DNA of 62,867 nucleotides, the filler included, from Lenisia limosa (taxonomy: Eukaryota; Protista; Breviatea): assembly GCA_001655205.1 (NCBI GenBank). It is 18 parts of 18 records of this genome, joined end to end, with 100 filler letters (N's around TTAATTAATTAA, not from the genome) between each part and the next. Parts side by side here need not be neighbours in the genome. Positions count along the whole stretch, not along the records: positions 10,462 to 13,211 come from LPNZ01006028.1; positions 13,312 to 15,567 come from LPNZ01000584.1; positions 15,668 to 18,454 come from LPNZ01008588.1; positions 18,555 to 21,211 come from LPNZ01000075.1; 14 more parts are not named here. The stretch is one strand, 5' to 3'. Within the stretch, counting starts at the first letter, position 1, and each line of letters starts with the position of its first letter. Positions 10,549 through 21,311 of the stretch are shown piece by piece. The translations under genes were made by a program, and so were the position numbers. Below the pieces are notes generated by a model. The model ran no database searches and had not been told where the DNA came from. It saw only the letters and a program-made list of their open reading frames with translations.

Positions 10549-13052
10549 ACCTTATCATTGAGAATGCTGTTGAGTTGATTTGCCTGGTCCTGTGTGAAGG
10601 CCTTCTTTTCGCCTATAAAAGCACAGCGCTCAGCGGTCACCTTATTTGCTGCCTCCGCTTCATTGATCAAGTTCTCAACATTCTATAGATATAAGCCTCC
10701 AAAATACTCAAAAAAAGAACTGGGGGAAGGAAATAAATGTAATTATATGATATATATGATGCGTGCGATAAATATATTCTCGTCTACCTTGTTGTTAAGT
10801 TCAACGGCCTCTAATTCGGCCGTCAATGAGGCTTCTTCCTCCTGTTGGGCTGCAAGTCGCATGGATGCTTGCGTTTGCTATCGAGTTAAAAAGGCTAAAA
10901 TAAGTATTCAATACTACTAATAGTCATTTTTATGTCAAAATGGAGCCCTATCGCTACTCAAGCATAGCCCACCAGTTCCATTAGCTCAGCTGTCCTGGCA
11001 TCCTCCGTAGCAATTTGTGACTGCAGTGCTAGACAACATTAAAGAAAGATGCATAGTATGACAAGGAAGAGGAACATTAGAGAAAGATGCATATGACATT
11101 AGAAGAGGAACATGAAAGAAAGATGCATACGACATAAGAAGAGGAACTGAAAAAACATAGGAAATCTTTGCTGGGTAGATGGCAACGACCTAATACGTTC
11201 TTCCACAGTGTTGGAAGATTACAGGGTCAAAAGAAAGGTGAATGATATATGCAGAGGGCAACTCAAAGAACCGACCGCCCCCCCCCCCTCCATACCNNNN
11301 NNNNNNNNNNNNNNNNNNNNNNNNNNNNNNNNNNNNNNNNNNNNNNNNNNNNNNCAGCCGCAGACACAACCTAGAAAATGTAAATATTGTCGTTTCATTA
11401 AAACTTGTATAACCCCTCAAGGAATGAAAACTTTTCCTTTGGGGAATTTGGCTTACCTGATCGGGCATCATCATGGGGCTAGACTGGATAGGTGGTGCAG
11501 GCTGTTGGTGTTAATACTCAACAATGAAGGGAAGAGATGAAGCCTGAAGTTGTCCTCACGTGGCTCACTGAGTTGTAGAGAGACGCCAATGAGCTGGGGT
11601 CGATTGGCTTAGGGGGAAGCTCGTCCAATGGGTTGGTCTCGGGGTGGTCACTGCGTATAGACTCATAGTCCGCTGGGGAGGAAATAAGGGCAATTGAGCT
11701 GTAGAATGGAATTAAGAAATGGTAAAGGCCCTCAAGCCCACACACTTTAAAGGTTTAAGGATAAAATGAAACCGTTCATGTAATTGTCAAAAACTAGGAA
11801 ATGTTCTAAAACATACTCCCCTCCCCACTGTGTTCAATTGCTGCAACCGGCGCGGGGGCCATGACTTCGGGCTGCAGAGCTGGCGTAGGCTGAAGGACAG
11901 CGGGAGTGCTGTATGGCATGGAGGGGGACGACATGGGCGTGCCGGGTTGAAGTTCGGCAGGCAGGTTGGCAGACTAAGGGAGTGGGAGTAAGTTGAGAAT
12001 ACGCCTTTGGGGCACCAGACATAATGTTCATTTATGCAGGTTCATGCGTCAATAATCCCATTCAACCCCGCCGCCGAATACCTTGAGAGAGTCGGGAAGA
12101 ATATCCGGTACGGGGTTACTGGCCATGGCAGCGTGAACAAGATGCATGCACGCGGCAAACTCTGTCAAAGACAACCGACTGTCCTTGTCTTGGTCCGCTA
12201 GCGCCCTGTGGGGGTAAGGAGTGACTAATGCGGTAAAGGAGCGCATCATTAAAAAACTCAATAATAATAACTCAAATACAAGCGACTAATGATCATTCTT
12301 TCAATAACGAACCATATTTTGCCAAGAGAAGCGTGAGGGATTCTGCTCTTCATCAAGAGGGTCCTGGCCTCCTCACCGCTTACAAAGCCGTCCTGGAGAT
12401 TCAGTCTGGAGTTCTACATAATACCCAGGGGTGAACAACTTAAGTTGAACTTACTACGCCTCAAAAAGATGTGAAATAAAATGTATCTTTACAATAATCA
12501 GTCCCTTTCTTGATTATTATTATTGTGAAAGTATATTGATACCATTAACCCAATCGGTTATGTACATATGTTCAGTGACCGTTTAGAGGTCACAATTCAC
12601 CCTCCTCCCTCTATACATTATCAGCGTCAGTTCTTGCGAAGATTTTGGCGTATCTCATGGCGTCTATGGAGCTAATCACAAAGGGGTCCTGGGGGGGGGG
12701 GTGAAACAAGGTAACCGAATCAAAATACAAAACTAAAAAAACTCCAGAAAAATGAAGGAATAAACAGGTTGTTAAAGATTGAAAATAATCAAAAAAAGAG
12801 CTTTGCCGCCGTTCTCACCTGAGGAGGGCGGCGACTGGGCCCGGTGTGCTGGGGGCGGATAGGCGCCCGGATTGGTCTACTTGGCCCCGTCATTTGCGGC
12901 ATAATACGGCCGCGGGCAGGCATGGGGGATGGAATCTGAGGCGAAGCCATGGGCGAATGGGCAGCTGACAGGGGTGTTGTGGGTGTGGATGTTGTGGTCG
13001 TCTCCATGACTCCCTGTGTGGGTGAAATTGAGACAAGTTGTTGCCCGCACAA
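10549..13052 (-). CDS. EH-domain (Eps15/Ede1/intersectin-like) endocytic adaptor with Pro-rich region and coiled coil, partial
   Basis: Three exons reconstruct a full EH domain: DPFVISSIDAMRYAKIF..DADN | QDGFVSGEEARTLLMKSRIPHASLGKIW | ALADQDKDSRLSLTEFAACMHLVHAAMASNPVPDILPDSL. Downstream exons are heptad-like (QQEEEASLTAELEAVELNNK). Confidence 0.85.
11055..11150. repeat. Intronic minisatellite (about 36-bp unit, agaggaac...agaaagatgcata)
   Basis: About three degenerate tandem units. Confidence 0.7.
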
Positions 13053-13424
13053 AATATCGTTACATATTGCGAAGATATGCTAGAATCGAGCTTATTTTTT
13101 ACAGTGTAACATCAATTAGGTTGGTCCCCTTTTAAAGCAATATTTTTGCTAAATACGCCCTTTTCATGATCAGTGCAATGTAAGGATTATGCATATAGCA
13201 GATACATATCANNNNNNNNNNNNNNNNNNNNNNNNNNNNNNNNNNNNNNNNNNNNTTAATTAATTAANNNNNNNNNNNNNNNNNNNNNNNNNNNNNNNNN
13301 NNNNNNNNNNNCACCGCCTCCCATCACTCCAGCGTACTTTGCTCCACTATTTACCCATCCCTAATAACCTCTAACATACACACCCACACTATTATATATA
13401 ATCAAAATCCTTACCTCCCCCTAG

Positions 13425-14306
13425 GTTCCTTCTTTCTGACAACACCGCAATTGTGAAGAAGCTGAGGAAGAATGGATTCGAGTACCTAGCGAAGCTCGAT
13501 GACGAGGTACGCGGGCATAGTTCGTTCATTACACTTTACAATTTTCTGTTTTTGTGTTCTTGTCTGGTTTTTGTCTGGTTTCAGCGTTTGTTGCTCGTGT
13601 TTGTTGTTGCTTGTTGTTTTTTTTAAAATAAATTTTTTTGTGTATTTAGAGTTTCAGCTTATTCGATTCGTGATTAGTACATTTATGCTCATATTAACTA
13701 CGCCGAAGTGGGATGCTGCAAAAGCGACTGGCCTGGGCTTTTTTTGTTTTGCTGTTATCAACCCTTGTGTGTTGTCAGCCAAGATTTGGGTTCTTTTTTT
13801 TTGTTTGTGTGTGTGTGTCACAAATTTCGATTTTACCCCCCCCCCCTCAGGTTGACGGAGAAGACGTGGTAGTGAAGGCCATCATTGACGCTGCTCTAGC
13901 TGCCTATCCCGAGGTCTGCCCTGGAAAGTAGTTGCATATTAAGTAATATGCAATAAAATGCTAACCATTTTACTAGGGCTTCAACGATTCAAAAAAAGAC
14001 TGATTTCCCGAATCTTCGAAACTATCGATATGTGAAATAAAGCTTCATCTGATTATCCAGAGAGGCCTCCCCGCGACCCCAACCAACACCCCACCCTCTG
14101 ACGAGAAGGAATGGCGAAAATGGGCGGCCGCGTATCTTCGTGCTTCCGAGGTGGCAATATTGACCCGGGCCACAGCCGCTCTTGAGACCCCCCGTGAGGC
14201 CAAACGGATGAAAACTTGCCATGGCAATTGTGATCATCATGTAGATGAGAAGTGTGACGATGGGGAGGGCTGTGAGAAGGAATGTAGTGACAGATGTTGT
14301 CATTAG
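13425..14306 (+). CDS. 3' part of a protein with a possible Rubisco-LSMT substrate-binding (SET methyltransferase-associated) end and a Cys/His-rich tail
   Basis: Exons FLLSDNTAIVKKLRKNGFEYLAKLDDE | VDGEDVVVKAIIDAALAAYPE | KEWRKWAAAYLRASEVAILTRATAAL...KTCHGNCDHHVDEKCDDGEGCEKECSDRCCH*. The exon structure is clear; the family call rests on a weak AxxxRxxExxIL motif. Confidence 0.45.
13646..13850 (+). repeat. Intron-3'-end repeat family copy ending at the acceptor AG (13850)
   Basis: ttagagtttcagcttattcgattcgtgattag...gtgggatgctgcaaaagcgactggcctgggc...gttatcaacccttgtgtgttgtcagcc...ttttaccccccccccctcag|GTTGAC exon. Confidence 0.9.
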
Positions 14307-14896
14307 AAATGAGAGGGAAGGCTTGAGTGAACCTTGCAATGTACTGTTTTTCCATTAATTATTGGCCTATATGTAGAAATAGCCACATCTCGTATTACAA
14401 ATGAAAATAGCCATATTTAATCATAGCGTGATAGGCAAATGATTGGGTAATTAGTATTATATTCCAATATCTCTTTCGTGTATGCCTGTTTTAATTTCTC
14501 ATCTCCATATACTATATATGATATGATATCATATTGGAACCCCGTGACAATATTCCGTTTTTACATGTACCTAGGTAGTAGTTATATCAAAAAGAAAGAA
14601 AACGAAACAGTAAAGATATGTCTATAGGGGGCTTGCGGCTGGCATACTGTTAATAGTCTACAAAATCAGGGTTTTCAGGTGCGACAACTATGGCTTCCTC
14701 GGTCTGAATTAAAATCCTCGACAAATATCGATATTTTAACAGTCTTTTTCGGACCGTAGGGGAAGGGGGTTAGAGCAGGAAAGGTTTTTGTGCTTAATAG
14801 GTGATTGTGTGCTTATGGGGTTTTGTTAACAACCTCTATTTCCCTAAAGGAATCATAAATAGTTATTGCGCGTGCCGCCTGGTACATAATACTGCA

Positions 14897-14966
14897 CAGT
14901 GACCGCGATAAGTCCTGACACAATTGAGAAGCTCAATATGAGTATCAGAACTTATCGCGGTCAGTG
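14897..14966. mobile_element. Tc1/pogo-type MITE (CAGTGACC TIR family)
   Basis: cagtgaccgcgataagtcctga...tcagaacttatcgcggtcagtg followed by TA. Related copies lie at about 29110-29169, 45872-45938, 53727-53812, 54845-54911 and 55515-55545. Confidence 0.75.
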
Positions 14967-15049
14967 TATTACACGAGGTAAAATATCAACAGTTTTCGGG
15001 GATTCTTCAAGATATTCAACCGAAGTGAATCCCTTTATAAAAGAAAAAG

Positions 15050-15505
15050 CATTCAAGAAACAAGAGCATCCACCCACGCCGCTAGGTAGGGCTTGAGTCA
15101 GCATCTTAAGACCATCAGGATTGGGACCACTTCCCTGCGCTTGCTGGGGAAATGAGATTGCGTGCATTAAAACTCTTGAATTACATAGTATATGTAAATC
15201 ATATGAAATAGAGATGAGAAATGGAAAAACAAAACAAAAAAAACAAGGTTGTATCCGCCGAAGCCGTCAACACCATAATCCTTAGAAGAGATATTGAATA
15301 ACTGTAATAATCCACCAAACATTTGCCAAACAACTCTTTTCACACAGCTTTCTGTAAATATGATATGTAAATCACACAACTTTGTCATATAATTGAATAA
15401 AGACCCCCCCACCCCCCACGGTGTATGAGTGAAGCTCCTTTTTGGTCATGAGAGTCTTCCAGAATTCCGACATTTGGACCAGCGACATGTACTCCACTCT
15501 CTGGA
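15050..15505 (-). CDS. Unknown protein, exon fragments
   Basis: Exons bounded by ...cccag acceptors and gtggg donors (QAQGSGPNPDGLKMLTQALPSG; a second exon at about 15420-15505). Confidence 0.35.
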
Positions 15506-16097
15506 GGGGTAAAACGCGAAATTAAGGAAACAAAACTATTGACCAAAATCAACCCGTTGAAATGGTTNNNNNNNNNNNNNNNNNNNNNNNNNNNNNNNNN
15601 NNNNNNNNNNNTTAATTAATTAANNNNNNNNNNNNNNNNNNNNNNNNNNNNNNNNNNNNNNNNNNNNAATTTTCAAAATTTGAAGTGGAATATATTGGAA
15701 CAAGAACCCCTTTTCAGACACTTTATAATTTTGTCAAAATACAAATAGCACGGAGCCCTGGTTTATTCTCTTCCATTTCACAAGTTACAACTCAATAGCA
15801 TCCGCGGAATTCTCTTCCCCACCCACCACAATATTCTTCATCGAAATTCTCCTATTGTACTTGGCTGGAGTGGTGGGATGCGGTGCTGCAGAAGCGGCTG
15901 GCCCGGGCTTTGTTTGTTTTGTAGTTATCAACCCTAGTGTGTTGTTGTCAGCCAACAGAGTTGNNNNNNNNNNNNNNNNNNNNNNNNNNNNNNNNNNNNN
16001 NNNNNNNNNNNNNNNNNNNNNNNNNNNNNNNNNNNNNNNNNNNNNNNNNNNNNNNNNNNNNNNNNNNNNNNNNNNNNNNNNNNNNNNNNNNNNNNNN

Positions 16098-18314
16098 NGG
16101 CCCTACTCTTCCTCGAGTCACAAGCACCCAGGTGTCCGATCCAGTCAACGTCTATTTCTCGTAGGAAAACTCCCTATTAACTGTCTCGTTTTCTACTTTC
16201 GACAACAATACTGTTCCCAACGACTCAACAAGAATTTATTAATATTTTTTAAAAAATTATACTTATAATCATTTGAGAGATAATGTTTCTCATGCTCTTG
16301 CTGGCCAAGATAGTTCTCATGCCCCTTGCTGATATTTCTCATATACCACAGGATCACAGCCCTCACCTCGAGTGGCTCCCTTTTGCCCTTCAAAACGATC
16401 AGTTCCACCATCGCACCAGTGACACTGCCGGACGCCGTGGGGAGGGGGGTATTCCAATAATATTATATGATATAATATATACTTTATTTTAATTCCACAT
16501 CAGCATTCGATATCTGGACAAAGAAAAACAAATTGTAAGAACCAGAATGCAGGACAACCATATTGGACGAATGCTGTGTCTAGATTCCTAGAATACTATG
16601 ACACCCCCAACTGGAGCCCTATTTTCTATTTATTATGTATAAGACAACAGTAATTAGAGGGACGTGACGGGAGGGGCTCAAATTTTAGAAAAGAGGCTCC
16701 ATCAACTCAAAATAAAAATCTAAATAGTAGTGACTTTCAAGTCACGTATTATTTATTTTTTCATAAGTTGTGTATAAATAGTTGTTAAACACACTGCTGC
16801 ATTTAAAACTGTATTTATTATTTATTAGAGATATTAAAATTCGAACAGATACATGTATATCATATGTATTGATATTGAGGTTCCGAGTAGTGGTATTTAT
16901 GGAGGCTTTGTTGAGAGTTCAGTCTTTTTTGAAGCCGAATTTTCCCCTCTCCATATATTACATATAAGTCTAACCCCCCCAGGCATGTGTTACGTGTATG
17001 GCGATGCTGACAAGTATCAGCAAGTACGAAGAATGTGGTACGAGGGGGTTTCCCTGGTTCACATGTAGCGTGGAGGGAAAAGTCTTTCCCCCATGGTCTT
17101 TTCAACACATATTTTCACAAAGCAATTGACCCATTGTCAGGTGATCTTGCACCGGACTGTCTCATTACCCTTGGTGAAAATGGCGTCATTTCCACCTCCA
17201 CTTCAACCCAGGTTTGAAGGACTGTGGTTGGATAAAGTGGGGCTCACTTATCTCGTGCTTCATACGACTCGTAACGTTTCGGATCAAAGTGGATGTTGAA
17301 ATACGAGTGATATTGAGGGCTTCACTTTGGTTTGAAATATACCGGTAAAATATCGATAATTTTCGGGGATTTATCGAGAAATTCAGTCTTTTTTTTCGAA
17401 CCGAAGTGAAGCTCTAGTTATATTCCTTTGTTTTCTCGCCAATATGATCCTGTTTTGAGGTGATCCAACACAATCTTCATTATCTGGCTTGTTTTGGTGT
17501 TATCATTTACACATTTACACATACTCCCAATGCCTACATTTACTTACCCCATAGGTAACCAATGCAAATGGCGTTGCCGACTTTGCTCTGAGGTTAGCCA
17601 AGGGGCTGATCGTAGTATCCCATGTTAAGGCTGTTCATCATCAATAACCAATACTCTTGTTGTAAAAAAGATCGATGAATCTGCGCTTTTGTGATGATGG
17701 TCCATTTGCGTTACAGATTTACAATTTAGACTGGATGGGGCCATGCCGGGTACTTACACAATCCAATTCGAATCCGACGGAGAAACGGGTATGTATCTTC
17801 TATTGTCTTCCTGCTTCCTATGTCGTAAAACAAGCAAGAAAATGATATCATAGTCCATCTGAATGTCCAGCCACAAGACTAATAATATGTGATTGAACAA
17901 AATAACATGAGCATATAAACATTAGCAAAAATACGGATGCCTAAAAGTCCTGAAAGTCCTGAGAGACCCAAGCTAACCCTTTAGCCGAATCACAAGGCTT
18001 CGAAGTTACCAATCCTGTTACGTCCGTCGAGATAGCCACCCAACCCGGTGGATTGAGCGATGTGGGGGGAGGGAGAATGTATTGTCTCTTTTGTGTGTTG
18101 GTTTTGTTTGCTCTATTATATATACAAGTACTACATCATGATATATGATAGAGTATATATATCATATGGATTGTGTGTGTGTGTGTGGGGAGGTTCAGCT
18201 TACTGTTCCTACCTTTCCCTCAGCGCTTCCCTCCTGATACCCCACAGGTATTTGCTTCTGACGATGCTGCGATTGTTGGAACCATTTCGAGCCTCATTCA
18301 GCCTTCTTTCACGG
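16098..18314 (+). CDS. Putative extracellular beta-sandwich/Ig-like repeat protein, partial multi-exon
   Basis: At least eight exons rich in T/S/V/G, e.g. VTNANGVADFALR..DGAMPGTYTIQFESDG and ESQGFEVTNPVTSVEIATQPGGLSD, resembling Ig-like stalk repeats. Confidence 0.5.
17315..17416. mobile_element. hAT-type MITE, full-length copy
   Basis: gagggcttcactttggtttgaaa...tttcgaaccgaagtgaagctcta; flanks gtgatatt/gttatatt (7/8 TSD). Confidence 0.85.
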
Positions 18315-19689
18315 TAGGGAGAAGCGGATGATTTGTTGTTCCAGGAAGGTTTTTTTTTGTTGTTGCTTTGGAGGTCAGTTATACCTCATGTTCCAATTCT
18401 ACTGCCCTTACCCCACCTGACAGTGGGGTTTTGTTTCATACATTTTCCAATTTTNNNNNNNNNNNNNNNNNNNNNNNNNNNNNNNNNNNNNNNNNNNNTT
18501 AATTAATTAANNNNNNNNNNNNNNNNNNNNNNNNNNNNNNNNNNNNNNNNNNNNCATATCTTGGGCATATTATTTATTATTGCCGGAGGAATATGGGTGG
18601 GCTGGGTGGAGAACGAGGAGAGGGATATTGAAGGAGAGTTATATACGATGCTGCAAATCATGTTTATAAAGGGGGAGGGTTGGTGGTATCTATGGGATTG
18701 GTAGTCCCATCACTCAGCTCACATTTTTAGTATTGCGTCCCCGTTGGAGTTCGGAGTGTTCCTGGGGTACGACTCCAAAACGCAGACTCAGCGCTCAGAC
18801 TAAACTTAAGGAGCGTTTTTGTTTTGTTTTGATACGTCCTGATTTTCTTTTATGTTTTGTTTATGTATGTTTAGTTGGTTGGCTTAGACTGGGCTTTCAC
18901 CTTTTCATTCATCACTTTGGTTGCTGTAAAATATGGAATGGGGGGTGGGGTGGTAAAACGAGAGACAACGAAATGAATTATCCGTTTGAAAGCCCACAAA
19001 CTGAATACCTTCGAAAAAAAACAGTAGTTGAGACCAATTTGAAGGCGTCCAGGAGTTTTGAGTTTGAAAAACATTGCAACCGCTCCGGTCACCAAGTAAT
19101 CTAATGGGTATTCTGTAATTCGCTCGACGATTTTGTACATTATTAACCCTAATTGAAGATCAAAGATCAGTCTGATCTACATACTACATGTATTATTTCC
19201 TTATATGGCATAGTATGACACAACAGGACCACAGGAGCACAACAAGAAGACGAGGATCATTATTCGAGGCATAATGGCAACAAAGAGGTGGTACTTTGTC
19301 AAAACTTCATAACCTACCTTATAAGGGAAATACGGATTATATTAGTTCTGAAAGAAGATTCAGCAAGCCTCAGTCCATCAGGTTACAAAAATCAATAGTT
19401 AAATAATTTAACGTTAATATAATATCGTTTTGTTTCCGTATTTAAGGCCCCACTACTGTGTTATGTTACCTTAAATAAGATTATTTACATTGCATTTGTT
19501 ACATTTTGCCAAATCGGGATTACCATACATAGCAATTCCCTATTTGGTAAGTTTGATCTTTCTTTTATCTTTTCACTGAAACTTTTATCTTTCCAGCTGT
19601 CAATTTCAAATAACTTGAACTGAACTTTAGTGAATTTTACCTTAGTGATTTTATCCACCCCCCTTCAAAAACCCTTTACATACCTTACA

Positions 19690-20385
19690 ATGGACGTAGC
19701 TCAAGCCCAAAACGCCCCTGTTCGTCTCTCCACCAAGGGCCCTACCCTTGTAAGCAGCACGATTTGGAAAGGCCTGTTTTGTTGACACTTTCAGGGCGAG
19801 AAGATTACTCAGGCACTTGGTGATGATGAAACTCTTATGACTGAGGAGAACAAGCTCCAATTCGACCGTTGCCTTACCGAGTTAGCACCGTCTCTTCATT
19901 TCTCAATCTCCTGTTTTTCTTCACACTTTTAGTATGGAATTACAAGTCCATCGTCACCAAGATGAGCTGGAAACCATGGAACTCTTCGAGCAGGAGCGGC
20001 GCGATGAGGAGGGTCCTGGTCGACTTGACATGTTTGTGGGGCGTGGGTGGAATTGTAATCTAAAATGGTTCCACATTATGACATCTTTCTGACATTGCAG
20101 GGTGCACCAAGAAATGGCACATCGTAACCGTAAGGGCATTTCCAACAACCTTGAGAAAGTTGAGCAGCTGAGAAGAATGGGAGAGCCCAGATACAGCCAA
20201 ATTTGGATCCCTCAGTATGCTTGGTTTTGGGTGAATTTGTATTGAAATGACATTTGAAAGTTCAGCGTGATGTTGTCATTGTTAACTCTTTCAGCAAAGC
20301 CTCCTCCAAAACTGAATGGCCTGGTAAGAACCTTCCTTCCCTTCACAAGGAGCTTAAGGAGAAACTTATGTCCGACTTGGAGTAA
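19690..20385 (+). CDS. Complete 5-exon orphan gene, about 150 aa
   Basis: Runs from ATG 19690 to TAA 20385 with four GT-AG introns whose phases join in frame: MDVAQAQNAPVRLSTKGPTL|GEKITQALG...RCLTD|MELQVHRHQDELE...RLDM|VHQEMAHRNRKG...IWIPH|KASSKTEWPGKNLPSLHKELKEKLMSDLE*. Confidence 0.8.
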
Positions 20386-20715
20386 TTTAAGTTTTCATAG
20401 GTTTTTTTTAGGTAATTTCAAATGTGTCATTATGTATTATAGTGTTCTCAATTTCAATTAGCAATAATGGTAGAATGGGAATCAAGGAAATGTAGGGATC
20501 AGGCTTGGATCGAAGAAGAGGGAGTGGAGAGAGGAGGCAGATTATGGCCATTCGAAGTCTTGATCAGTATTACCATAAAAGGGAAGTTACATTGTTGTCT
20601 ATCTGGCATCAACCCATGTGGAAATCAAAACGTTGGGTGTTATCTCAAGGTCTTTCAATGATGAGCAAGAAATATTTATGAAATTACCATATCTGCACCA
20701 AACATAACCTGATAA

Positions 20716-20810
20716 ACTGTCATCATCAAGGGATTAACCTGTTAAACTGTCACCCAAGGGATTAACCTGTTAAACTTGTTAAACTGTCACCGTCAAGGGA
20801 TTAACCATCT
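20716..20810. repeat. Tandem repeat, about 30-bp unit (aacctgttaaactgtca...caagggatt)
   Basis: Three degenerate units. Confidence 0.7.
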
Positions 20811-20829
20811 TCATTGTACAAAAAAACAC

Positions 20830-21195
20830 ATTAGATCTCATTCAACGTCACAAAGAAGTCCTTCATACTAAACAAATTAAGGTCGGGATGACAGGAAATA
20901 TGATAACTTTGATGAATATCCCTCCAAATCACCCCCCCCCCCAACTTTCTGCTGTGAGCTGCGATTTCGCCTTGTTCCTGGAGGAGGTGCACGATTCTCA
21001 GCATTGCTAGAGAGGGGGAGCAGATCACCCATCTCCTGTTCTCCGGCGTGGAGCTCACTGTGTGGTTGTGTCTGGACTGGGTTAGAACCAGGGCTTAAAT
21101 CAAATTCAGGCAAGTCTGTCAATAAATTATCGAATTTTATCCAAAATCACTACCTCCATGATAAGAAATCTTCCCATTACCCCCTTGTTAAGCTT
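20830..21195 (-). CDS. Unknown protein, 3' exons
   Basis: Exons LNKGVMGRFLIME and SELHAGEQEMGDLLPLSSNAENRAPPPGTRRNRSSQQK with a gttggggggg donor. Confidence 0.4.
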
Positions 21196-21311
21196 ACGCG
21201 GGGCGAGGGGGNNNNNNNNNNNNNNNNNNNNNNNNNNNNNNNNNNNNNNNNNNNNTTAATTAATTAANNNNNNNNNNNNNNNNNNNNNNNNNNNNNNNNN
21301 NNNNNNNNNNN

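Noticed and set aside
10613-10640. Possible 28-nt mini-intron (also a 17-nt candidate at about 61781-61797)
   Set aside because: The reading frame stays open and sensible without splicing, and nothing in the sequence supports ultrashort introns.
14022-14339. Minus-strand ORF with a hydrophobic, signal-like segment
   Set aside because: It is the antisense shadow of the plus-strand terminal exon, which is supported by plus-strand splice sites upstream.
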